Of a stretch of DNA of 64,000 nt, positions 53,130 through 61,256 are shown piece by piece. Under the pieces are notes generated by a model. That model did not search any database. It saw only the letters and a program-made list of their open reading frames with translations, and was not told where the DNA came from. The DNA is taken from IMG/VR virus record IMGVR_UViG_3300043411_001204; one strand, 5' to 3'. The stretch is from an uncultured virus (IMG/VR IMGVR_UViG_3300043411_001204). Lineage: Duplodnaviria; Heunggongvirae; Uroviricota; Caudoviricetes. How positions within the stretch are numbered: the first letter of the stretch is position 1; every line of letters starts with the position of its first letter. Position numbers and translations under genes: made by a program.

Positions 53130-53492
53130 ATGAGTACTCTACCTAGGGCCCGTAAGATTGTCGTTGATACCCCAACGGGTAAGACCCTGTTCTTCTGGAA
53201 CCTAGGCTCAGGTAAGGGCCACCTCATGGGTATGTCAGGACCTGGGGTCACTCTCACTGTCATGTCTAGTAGCTCGACTAGGGCTATCCTACAGATGAAT
53301 CTGGCCTCGAAAACTTACGCCGCACAGAACTCCTACGACGAGGAGCACACCGGAGTTAAGTCTTCTCTTACCCCAAAAGATGTAAAGTGCGCCATCGAGT
53401 ATGCCCTGAATGCGGGCTGGAACCTCAATGAGAAGAGGGTTTTTTCTCCGAAGGGTCCGTTGGACCTGGAAGAATATGAACTTTTACCTTAA
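53130..53492 (+). CDS. Hypothetical protein
   Basis: LTPKDV..AIEYALNAGW. Confidence 0.6.
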   Translation: MSTLPRARKIVVDTPTGKTLFFWNLGSGKGHLMGMSGPGVTLTVMSSSSTRAILQMNLASKTYAAQNSYDEEHTGVKSSLTPKDVKCAIEYALNAGWNLNEKRVFSPKGPLDLEEYELLP

Positions 53493-53523
53493 GCTCTAGG
53501 TCTCCTTAGCCGTAGGTTCAGAC

Positions 53524-53694
53524 ATGGAACTCTTTCGCATCCAAATCAAGTCCGAAGACCTCCCCCGCCGTAGCCCCCTCCTTGTGGCTCTTGTGGCTCG
53601 GCACGGTGGTGGAGTCAAGATCATGAAGGATCGTCGCACCCCTCGTGGGGGTAACCGCAACAAGCAGCGCGATTACCGTAGTGATAACTACTGA
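53524..53694 (+). CDS. Small basic protein (56 aa, not in ORF track)
   Basis: MELFRIQIKSEDLPRRSPLLVALVARHGGGVKIMKDRRTPRGGNRNKQRDYRSDNY. Confidence 0.55.
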   Translation: MELFRIQIKSEDLPRRSPLLVALVARHGGGVKIMKDRRTPRGGNRNKQRDYRSDNY

Positions 53695-53705
53695 GGAGGT
53701 GTAAA

Positions 53706-53885
53706 ATGACCTACGACATCAGCACGAAGACCAAAGCCGAAGCATTTGTTCAGATGGTAGTGGAGTCTACCGCCCCTCCATCAAAAATCCTCAACGCACT
53801 TGAGGAGGGCTACGAGCGTGCGGATAAAGCAGCTAACCGGGAGGTTGCGCTTGTCTTCAAGCATGCTATCGAAGACTTCGCCTAG
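53706..53885 (+). CDS. Small protein (59 aa, not in ORF track)
   Basis: Strong GAGGAGGT SD; MTYDISTKTKAEAFVQMV... Confidence 0.6.
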   Translation: MTYDISTKTKAEAFVQMVVESTAPPSKILNALEEGYERADKAANREVALVFKHAIEDFA

Positions 53886-54282
53886 GGTCTCGGTCACCTA
53901 CCAGTACCAGACAAATGCAGAAGTACTGGCTAGGCTCCCAGAGTTTCGAGCCCTAACGAGTGACGATTCGAGCAGTGACCTCAACATTCTCCTTGACGAC
54001 CTACTTGCAGGGAAAAGTCCTATTATTGCTGCACTTAGTGCCGAGGTAGGATGTACGCTTGTGGGTTGGGTTGCCTACGAAAAGATCCCTCGCAGGGGCA
54101 AAAGAACATGCCACCTAGTCAACACATTTGTGCTACCTGATTACCGGTACCAGGGAATTGCCAACTCCCTTTTGACCTTACTTTTTCAGCACCCTCAGGT
54201 TGCAGAGACGAAGATCCTAGTAGACCCAGAGCTTGAGTCCTTCTGCTCTAGGTTCCCAAGATTGAGGGTGTATGATACCTAA
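53863..54282 (+). CDS. GNAT acetyltransferase
   Basis: FVLPDYRYQGIANSLL acetyl-CoA motif; start uncertain. Confidence 0.75.
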   Translation: MLSKTSPRVSVTYQYQTNAEVLARLPEFRALTSDDSSSDLNILLDDLLAGKSPIIAALSAEVGCTLVGWVAYEKIPRRGKRTCHLVNTFVLPDYRYQGIANSLLTLLFQHPQVAETKILVDPELESFCSRFPRLRVYDT

Positions 54283-54562
54283 GGCGCCTCTTCCTGTTAC
54301 TTACAAGACCTACGAAGAGTTTCGGGTTGCCGTACGGCACATGACGGTGCCTGCAAAAATGACGTTTCGTCAGATCTCAACGAGACTCATTATCGAAACC
54401 CCCCTCTCAGCTGCGCAGCGCAAGACCCTAGATGGTACCCCTTTTGAAGGGCTATACCGCTACCCGATACTGATCTGCGACGTAGCAGAGGTACTTCGCC
54501 ATAGTTTGTGGCTACTGTCCTCCTACTTAGACTCCCCCATTAAACCCACCCCCAGGAAGTGA
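54272..54562 (+). CDS. Hypothetical protein
   Basis: 96 aa ORF. Confidence 0.5.
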   Translation: MIPKAPLPVTYKTYEEFRVAVRHMTVPAKMTFRQISTRLIIETPLSAAQRKTLDGTPFEGLYRYPILICDVAEVLRHSLWLLSSYLDSPIKPTPRK

Positions 54563-54873
54563 AATGACGCTACCTTATAAGAAGTCTGAGAAGTTTCTGA
54601 GAAAGGCTGGAGCCTGGCTGCGGCTGCAAGGTCAATATTCCGTGCTACTGACAGGATTGGTCTAAAGTTCAAGGCCCTTGACACAGCTTGGGTCCGACGA
54701 GTAGAGGCAACTCGTGTTGCTGTAGGGCAACTTATGCGAATTGAGGCGGAGCTAACTCAACGACCCAAGGGCCATCGGTCAGTACTCACTAAAGAGATGC
54801 TAGAACATGCCGATGATGGAAGCTAAGCTCCACAAATTACCCCTCAAGTAACCCATCTGGTGTACTCCATCTC

Positions 54874-55581
54874 ATGCTGAAAACCATGTTCAAACTAGTC
54901 GGAATAGCGCTCAAGTACGTTGGAGAGAAGCTTCTCTCCTTCCATGGACAAGACATTGTTCTTCGTCAGACCCCATCTGACCAGGACCTGCTGCAACCTA
55001 TGCCCATGTGGGCTCCTCTGCACTTCGCTGATTTCCAGCTCCAACACCCACAGTCAGTGCCAGAGGGGTATAGTCGAAAAGATTCCTGTGATCTTGAGTG
55101 GGATCGTTTCGTTGCCTATGTCGGGCGCTCCCGTAAAGATGGTCGCTCAGCTATGATTACAGAGAGCGTTTGGAAGGCCTGGCTAGCTAAGTCCTGGATA
55201 GACAAACAAGACTACCTGGAGCAAGTCAAACGTTCATCGGTAGACTCCCCTCAGCTGGAGGCTACCTTCAAGCCTAGGACACACAACTACAACCCCAAGG
55301 AGCACAAGACGTTCTACCTTGTGGGGGCGAACATCCTACAGCATCTAGTGGGCTCAACGGCACCTTGTACCGTACGAGACCTCACGAAGTACTTTGAGAC
55401 TACTGGACAGGGTTTTGCAGAGTCAACCATTCGGGGGACGTGCAAGGAACTTGTAAAGGACGGGATCCTCACCCAGCTAGTCGATGTGACTCCTGCTACC
55501 TTTCAGGTAGCGGATGAGGCAGCCGCTCTAGACTTCGTGCAAAAGCACTTGGAGCGTACCTCGGAGCCGGAGCCTTCCTGA
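54874..55581 (+). CDS. Hypothetical protein with C-terminal winged-HTH-like region
   Basis: TVRDL...ESTIRGTCKELVKDGIL. Confidence 0.6.
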   Translation: MLKTMFKLVGIALKYVGEKLLSFHGQDIVLRQTPSDQDLLQPMPMWAPLHFADFQLQHPQSVPEGYSRKDSCDLEWDRFVAYVGRSRKDGRSAMITESVWKAWLAKSWIDKQDYLEQVKRSSVDSPQLEATFKPRTHNYNPKEHKTFYLVGANILQHLVGSTAPCTVRDLTKYFETTGQGFAESTIRGTCKELVKDGILTQLVDVTPATFQVADEAAALDFVQKHLERTSEPEPS

Positions 55582-55985
55582 TGAATACCACCCAGATTCC
55601 AGGCTCAAAGGTGAGCGAAGGACCCCTTGTACGAGTCTACTGTGCGGTTCTGAACGACCTAGAGGAGTTGGTTGCCATCCCAGAGGTCACAATCAAGCAG
55701 GTACAGCAAGCCTCCGGGGTTGTCGAGGTCCTTTGGCCTCTCGGAGTCTACCTCGGGTTTACTGAGGAAGGGTTGACCCTAGGAATTTACGGTCGAACCT
55801 CTACAGGAGAGGTGGTCCATGGGGTATCTCAAAAACCTCTAAGCGTTGACACTTGCCCAGACATTGGCCCTGAGGTTTGGAACCTTTGGAAGAAGTTGCG
55901 GGTCCCCCCATACGTCCTTCACTTCAATATGATGGGTAACTTCGACACTCTTTTTCATCAGACAAGAGAGCAGCATAACCTGTAA
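55581..55985 (+). CDS. Hypothetical protein
   Basis: Coupled ORF. Confidence 0.55.
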   Translation: MNTTQIPGSKVSEGPLVRVYCAVLNDLEELVAIPEVTIKQVQQASGVVEVLWPLGVYLGFTEEGLTLGIYGRTSTGEVVHGVSQKPLSVDTCPDIGPEVWNLWKKLRVPPYVLHFNMMGNFDTLFHQTREQHNL

Positions 55986-55991
55986 GCTTGA

Positions 55992-56546
55992 ATGCCTTGC
56001 GATATAACAAACTACCTACAATCCACCATTGATCCATCAATACCCTTCCAGTTTGAATGGATTGATGCCCCCTGGGTGAAGTGGGCGCGTAAAGGGGTTC
56101 CAGAGGCTTTTGTTGCGGGCTTGGAGGTGGGCGTCACTCTACCAGTAGCTCAACGACAAATAGACTTCAACAGTCCGTTCTCGTTCAGTAGATCTCAGCA
56201 GCCTCGATGTCATTGGATGGTGTATGGGTCAACTTCCAAGTGTAGCTGGCCTGTACCGATCAATTACTCCGACTACCAAGACCTACTAGCGGATTGGACT
56301 CTCATTAAGGCCTCTCGACCGAGTAAGAAGAACCCAAGTTGGTTTACTCCAGGCCGAACGGTGTATGCTCCAGACGATAGAGTGTGTCGAATTGCAGACG
56401 TTAGAGGCCCTTGGGCTGCAATTGTGACTCTAGATGACAGTGGTAACGTTGACATATTTCAAGGGATTTACTCACTTAGAGCATTCCCTTTCAATCCTCT
56501 CCTCACTCGCTATGAGCGAGGTATCTACACCTTCCCAGAAAGCTAA
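55992..56546 (+). CDS. Hypothetical protein with TRYER near the C-terminus
   Basis: 184 aa ORF. Confidence 0.55.
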   Translation: MPCDITNYLQSTIDPSIPFQFEWIDAPWVKWARKGVPEAFVAGLEVGVTLPVAQRQIDFNSPFSFSRSQQPRCHWMVYGSTSKCSWPVPINYSDYQDLLADWTLIKASRPSKKNPSWFTPGRTVYAPDDRVCRIADVRGPWAAIVTLDDSGNVDIFQGIYSLRAFPFNPLLTRYERGIYTFPES

Positions 56547-56549
56547 CCC

Positions 56550-59500
56550 GTGTCGAATAGCCTAACAAGTACTCCGTCCGTTGCAGAGTTGAACCCAACT
56601 ACGTTCAACGCCATGATTGACCTCATGCTCACAGTTTCCAGTACGAACAAGCTGCTGGAAGCTATTGTGAAGGCGGTAGAGATCAACGTAGCGAATCTAG
56701 ACGAGTCGGTTGAGTCGCTAGCCAAGTCGAACGATGCTCTCTTGGCGGAGGTACGCCAAACAACGAGAAAGAATAAAAGCATCTTCACGAGTACGGAAGC
56801 AGATGACCCTTATGCCGATCTTAGGCATAATGTAGATGGGAACTTCATTCAGGTCATCTTCGACATCTACTCTACCCTTCAGACGGGCTACAGCGCACTG
56901 TCTAGGATTGCGAAGGGTCTAATCCCAGGGGAAGTCCTCGTGGTAGGTGAACGCCTTACGGCCCACCCAAAAACCATTGAGGAGCTGTCTGCATTCTCGG
57001 TTCAATACAACATGAACCGAGCAGCGATCAACGACTTTGCCTCTGGTACTGTTCTCGCAGAGAGGGCAGACCATGTTGTCGTGGAGATTGGCAACAAGAT
57101 TGTGAACATCCTTGATCGCTACTACCACACTCTTCTGCAACGGCATGAGTTTGATGGGGTTCAGGTCCATGGAAATACCATCTTGACGGACATTGCAATG
57201 TCCGTGTACGCGAACGTAGACGCTAACGGGGAGGTCAAGGATGGCAAAAACCCAAATGAGGTAAGTGCTTACTCTCTGCGCAAAGCTATGCTGGTGATTG
57301 AGGCAGTCAAGTTTGGGCCAATCGGTCAAATCATTGACAACCCCGATACTCTCATGAGTATCATTCGCACCGGGCTAAAGGACCTAAGGGACCTAGGCGT
57401 AAAGCTAGCAGACTTTGCCGCACCTACAGCTCAACGGATTCGAAGGCTACATCCCAACACATACCGTGAGCCCAAGCGAGTCAAGGACCATGTGTTTGAG
57501 GCCTCTCTGGGGTACTTGAGCGACTTGGACCCACGAAACGTAGTGTTTCGTGACAAGCAGCAGATGGCTACCGCAGAAGAGCAGCTGGAAGCCACTTTCA
57601 AAAATGAGACTCTAGCTAAGATTGTGGATAGGCTTCAAGACCCGGATTGTTCACCCAATGCCTTGGTCGAATACGTCCTCACCCGTAAGGCAGAGCTTCA
57701 CAAGTACTACCAGGAGGTCAACAGCTTCTACGTCTGTAAGATTGGGACTGGTAACCAATTCTCTGGTGAGGCTCCTGGAGGGTTGACTGTGGTCCCAGGA
57801 GTAAAGCCTGTCGTCAATATTGACGATGTAGTGGGATCCGGGTTTGACCAGGTAAAGGAGTTCATTCTCCAGATTCGCGAGGGTGCAAAGTGGCATGACT
57901 TGTTCCTGGCTACCTCCCCAAGCAAGAGCGGAGACAAGGCAAATGCCTTACTTATCGGCCCTCAGGGGTGCCACCGCAAGGGTCAGAAAATCTTGATGTT
58001 CGATGGGACCTTGATTCCAGTCGAACAGATCAACGTTGGGGATCGCCTCATGGGTCCGGACAGCACACCTCGGACTGTTTTGAGTCTCCATCGAGGTGTT
58101 CAGGAGATGGTGGAGATTATTCCAACTAAGGGTGACCCTTGGGTGGTGAACAAGGACCACATGCTTACCCTTGTCCGTCAGGGCCGGAAAAAGCTGAGTG
58201 GTGAGGTTCGCGATGTTACCGTTGCAGCCTATCAAGAATGGTCCCCCTACATGAGGCGGGAATTCAAGCTGTTCCGTACAGGAGTAATCTTCGACACTCA
58301 ATCAGAGGCTCTGCCATTGGAGCCATACTTCTTGGGGACCCTTCTTGGGGATGGATCCATTGGGTCTTGTCCTGGACTTACCACAAAAGACCCAGAAATG
58401 GTCGAAGAGGTTTACAGTCAAGCTCAAAACTTTGGACTTAGAGTGTCCCCCTTTCCGGACCCAACATCATCTGCAACAAGGTACTACTTGTCGGGTACCT
58501 GCCATCACCCAAATCCAATCATGATGGCACTCCGAAGCGTTAACTTGGGGGGTACTTCCACCGCTACGAAGTTCATCCCATACGAGTACAAGACAGCTTC
58601 ACGAGAGAGCCGTTTGGAGTTGTTGGCTGGACTTATCGATACCGATGGAAGCTTGTCATGTGGGTGCTACGACTTACAATCTAAGTCTAAGGTCCTTGCT
58701 AAAGATGCGACATTTGTGGCTCGTAGTCTTGGATTTGCCGCTTACTTAAATCAGTTCCAACGTACAGACACAGACGGCATTCAGCGGATCTACTACAGGG
58801 TAAAAATCTCTGGAGAGGTAAGCCAGATCCCAGTACGACTTCCGCACAAAAAGGCTCCTGACCGTAAGCAAATCAAGAATGTGCTTAGAACTGGACTAAA
58901 GACTCGTAATCTCCCACCTGAGGAGTACTTTGGGTTTACTCTTGACGGGGATCATCGTTACTTGCTTGACGACTTTACTGTAACTCACAACTGCGGTAAG
59001 AGCGAGGTACTCCGAGCCATGGGTGGAGACAGGCAAAACATCGGTATCTACGCTCAACCCTCCGATTTTCTTACGTGTTGGAAAGGAGAAAGTGAGAAGA
59101 ACCCAAAGCGTCTCTTTGAGGCAGCACTCAAGCTCCAGAAAGACTCTGGAAAGCAGGTCTTCATCCTGATTGATGAGGTGGACACCATCCTCAATGACGA
59201 CCATGCGCGTGGAGGTTTCGGGTCTACGAACCTGACAACCGAGTTCCAACAACTGATGGATGGTATCCTACGATACCCTAACATTGCTGTTTGGAGTGCG
59301 ACGAACCACCCGGAACGTATCCCAATGCCTATGATTCGACGCTTCTCGAAAGTTGCTGTTGTAGGCGAGCTAAACCAAGCGGATAGGGTGAAGCTATTGA
59401 AGCACTTCACTGGGTTTGTGCCTATCTCCCATGAGTTCCCTGAGGCAGCTTGGGAAGACGCTGCTACTCTTCTTGAGGGGGCCGTAGGAGACACCCTCCG

Positions 59501-59828
59501 TAAGGTTGCCGACCACATTTGGCGGGAGAAGATGTCCGACCTAGTACGGAATCACCCGCGAGTTGCAGAGAAAATTATCGCGAAGTTGACTCAGGATGGG
59601 GCCAAAAAGTTCCAGGTCTCTCAACTCACAAAAGAGATGAGAGCCGATATCCATAAGGATATGCGTCCTTTCGTCGAAGTGACGGCTGAGGACCTCATTG
59701 CCTCTACAGCTATCCACCTAGACAACATTGCAATTCGCACGGAGATAGCGACAGCAGTAGAGACTTACGAGCGTTCGAAGCTATTCCTTGCTGGGATTAA
59801 GTCCCATGTGGCTACACGAGTCTCTTGA
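56550..59828 (+). CDS. Classical-clade AAA+ ATPase with long helical N-terminus, intein-containing
   Basis: Spliced Walker A GPQGCGKS, WKGESEKN pore loop, LIDEVD, SATNHPE, IRRF. Confidence 0.88.
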   Translation: MSNSLTSTPSVAELNPTTFNAMIDLMLTVSSTNKLLEAIVKAVEINVANLDESVESLAKSNDALLAEVRQTTRKNKSIFTSTEADDPYADLRHNVDGNFIQVIFDIYSTLQTGYSALSRIAKGLIPGEVLVVGERLTAHPKTIEELSAFSVQYNMNRAAINDFASGTVLAERADHVVVEIGNKIVNILDRYYHTLLQRHEFDGVQVHGNTILTDIAMSVYANVDANGEVKDGKNPNEVSAYSLRKAMLVIEAVKFGPIGQIIDNPDTLMSIIRTGLKDLRDLGVKLADFAAPTAQRIRRLHPNTYREPKRVKDHVFEASLGYLSDLDPRNVVFRDKQQMATAEEQLEATFKNETLAKIVDRLQDPDCSPNALVEYVLTRKAELHKYYQEVNSFYVCKIGTGNQFSGEAPGGLTVVPGVKPVVNIDDVVGSGFDQVKEFILQIREGAKWHDLFLATSPSKSGDKANALLIGPQGCHRKGQKILMFDGTLIPVEQINVGDRLMGPDSTPRTVLSLHRGVQEMVEIIPTKGDPWVVNKDHMLTLVRQGRKKLSGEVRDVTVAAYQEWSPYMRREFKLFRTGVIFDTQSEALPLEPYFLGTLLGDGSIGSCPGLTTKDPEMVEEVYSQAQNFGLRVSPFPDPTSSATRYYLSGTCHHPNPIMMALRSVNLGGTSTATKFIPYEYKTASRESRLELLAGLIDTDGSLSCGCYDLQSKSKVLAKDATFVARSLGFAAYLNQFQRTDTDGIQRIYYRVKISGEVSQIPVRLPHKKAPDRKQIKNVLRTGLKTRNLPPEEYFGFTLDGDHRYLLDDFTVTHNCGKSEVLRAMGGDRQNIGIYAQPSDFLTCWKGESEKNPKRLFEAALKLQKDSGKQVFILIDEVDTILNDDHARGGFGSTNLTTEFQQLMDGILRYPNIAVWSATNHPERIPMPMIRRFSKVAVVGELNQADRVKLLKHFTGFVPISHEFPEAAWEDAATLLEGAVGDTLRKVADHIWREKMSDLVRNHPRVAEKIIAKLTQDGAKKFQVSQLTKEMRADIHKDMRPFVEVTAEDLIASTAIHLDNIAIRTEIATAVETYERSKLFLAGIKSHVATRVS
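57969..58991 (+). mobile_element. Intein with LAGLIDADG endonuclease (341 aa) in Walker A
   Basis: GPQG|CHRKG...VTHN|CGKS; FLGTLLGDGS, LAGLIDTDGS. Confidence 0.93.
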
Positions 59829-60567
59829 GGGCCTCGAACTTCTCCGGGCACTTTCTCTTCAGCTCCTGTGGCTCTTCAATGTAGGCCCGGAAACTCTCCG
59901 CCACATCCTCTACGCCTGGCTTATGCTCGGCGTAGTCTGAGATGAATGGAGGGCTACCCCAGGGAGGACCGTCAACCCGGTGTGTCTCCTCGAAGGCATG
60001 ACCCAACTCATGAGTAAGTTGGGTCGTCCTAACCTTAGCGTCATAGCTTTTGTGGATCGAGAGATGCATCACTCCACCAGACCGCCAAGAGGCGTCCTCG
60101 GAACCCATAGGACCGCCAAGGTGAATCTTCTTGACAGACTGGGACCAAACCTGACGAGCCTTGGGCTTGAGCTTCTTGAACCCCGCAACCCACCCCGAGA
60201 CAGCCTTCCCAGCCTCGGGGTCATTCTCGAATTTCATGTCTGGGACAACGCTGATTCCCATTTCTCGACCCATAGCTAGGAAGGCATCTACGAAGTCAAC
60301 AGATTTCGTAGTTTTCGGGGCCTTAACCTTTGCAGTCTCAACGAGAGTAACCTCATCCTCGTCTACGCCTCGCGAGCGAAGGTACTCCCCCAGCTCTGTG
60401 ACAGGGAACGGAGCAATGGCTTCATTCCGTAGAGACCGAACGAGCTGTTGAAGGCGAGTCTTTGCATCCGGGGCTGCGTTGGCATCAAGTACTTTGATGA
60501 TAGCCTCCAGATGCTCCGGAGTAACGTCCTGAGAGGCCGCAAATCTCGTAGCGACCCGCAGCGCCAT
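59812..60567 (-). CDS. Zinc metallopeptidase, lethal-factor-like
   Basis: Start MALRVATRFAA; THELGHAF, ISDYA...EDVAESF...CPEKF. Confidence 0.72.
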   Translation of the reverse strand: MALRVATRFAASQDVTPEHLEAIIKVLDANAAPDAKTRLQQLVRSLRNEAIAPFPVTELGEYLRSRGVDEDEVTLVETAKVKAPKTTKSVDFVDAFLAMGREMGISVVPDMKFENDPEAGKAVSGWVAGFKKLKPKARQVWSQSVKKIHLGGPMGSEDASWRSGGVMHLSIHKSYDAKVRTTQLTHELGHAFEETHRVDGPPWGSPPFISDYAEHKPGVEDVAESFRAYIEEPQELKRKCPEKFEALKRLV

Positions 60568-60691
60568 GTAGTCTTCTCTAGAGTTCAAAGAAGTAGTCCC
60601 TGTGTGTGGATGGTTACCTTTGCCTTCGTATAAGTTCCTTCCTCCTGCCCCTCCGCTTGGATAGTCTATTGGTGCAAGTTCAATACTCGAA

Positions 60692-60967
60692 ATGACCAAT
60701 CGAAAAAAACAGGCACTTGCAGATAGAGATCACGTCTACCAGGCGTTGGATGACCTCGTAGACAGCTTTTTGGTGTATGATCGTAGAGAGGACGAAGAGC
60801 TTCCTCAAGGGGTCATAGAGCGACTTATCGCGAAGGATGCTATGTCTATCGACGACCTAGTGGACCGGTTTCGTGAGGGGCTGGAAGGGCACCTGGAGTC
60901 TATCGAACCAGAAGACGAAGAAGAAGAAGAAGAAGAAGAGTACTTAGAGGAAGGGTACGATGGATGA
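60692..60967 (+). CDS. Acidic hypothetical phage protein
   Basis: FLVYDRREDEELP. Confidence 0.65.
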   Translation: MTNRKKQALADRDHVYQALDDLVDSFLVYDRREDEELPQGVIERLIAKDAMSIDDLVDRFREGLEGHLESIEPEDEEEEEEEEYLEEGYDG

Positions 60968-61244
60968 CAAGGTATTCGCTCTCTGTTTAGACGCAATCGT
61001 TAGTGAAGTAGCCGCTCAAGGCCTGGCGATCGAGAAAATCAAAGTCAGCCCTGAGGTGTATCGCCAACATGGGCACCTACGGTACGACCTAGCGGTCAAC
61101 AACCAACTCCAGGGTTATGTCGTACAAGTGCAGCTAGTTAAGGGTGTACTAGATCTAACGATTGAGGAAGCCACCATACCCACACTAGACCTTTTACAGG
61201 TCGTTGAGACCTATGAGGTCCGTAGTCGATTTGATCGTTTATAG
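60960..61244 (+). CDS. Hypothetical protein with C-terminal SRFDR tag
   Basis: Ends VRSRFDRL. Confidence 0.55.
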   Translation: MDDKVFALCLDAIVSEVAAQGLAIEKIKVSPEVYRQHGHLRYDLAVNNQLQGYVVQVQLVKGVLDLTIEEATIPTLDLLQVVETYEVRSRFDRL

Positions 61245-61256
61245 CTTGGGGTAGGT

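Noticed and set aside
561..60633. Numerous antisense or alternate-frame ORFs in the track (e.g. 561-1046, 9708-10103, 20042-20521, 59054-59518)
   Set aside because: Shadows of well-supported genes, with no motifs or start signals
3299..60699. Long N-terminal extensions in the ORF track (3299, 17807, 30671, 37022, 52147, 60699)
   Set aside because: They overlap upstream genes or promoters; downstream ATGs fit motifs, SD or coupling better
60917..60937. (GAA)7 microsatellite as a phase-variation site
   Set aside because: In-frame poly-Glu; slippage would not shift the frame
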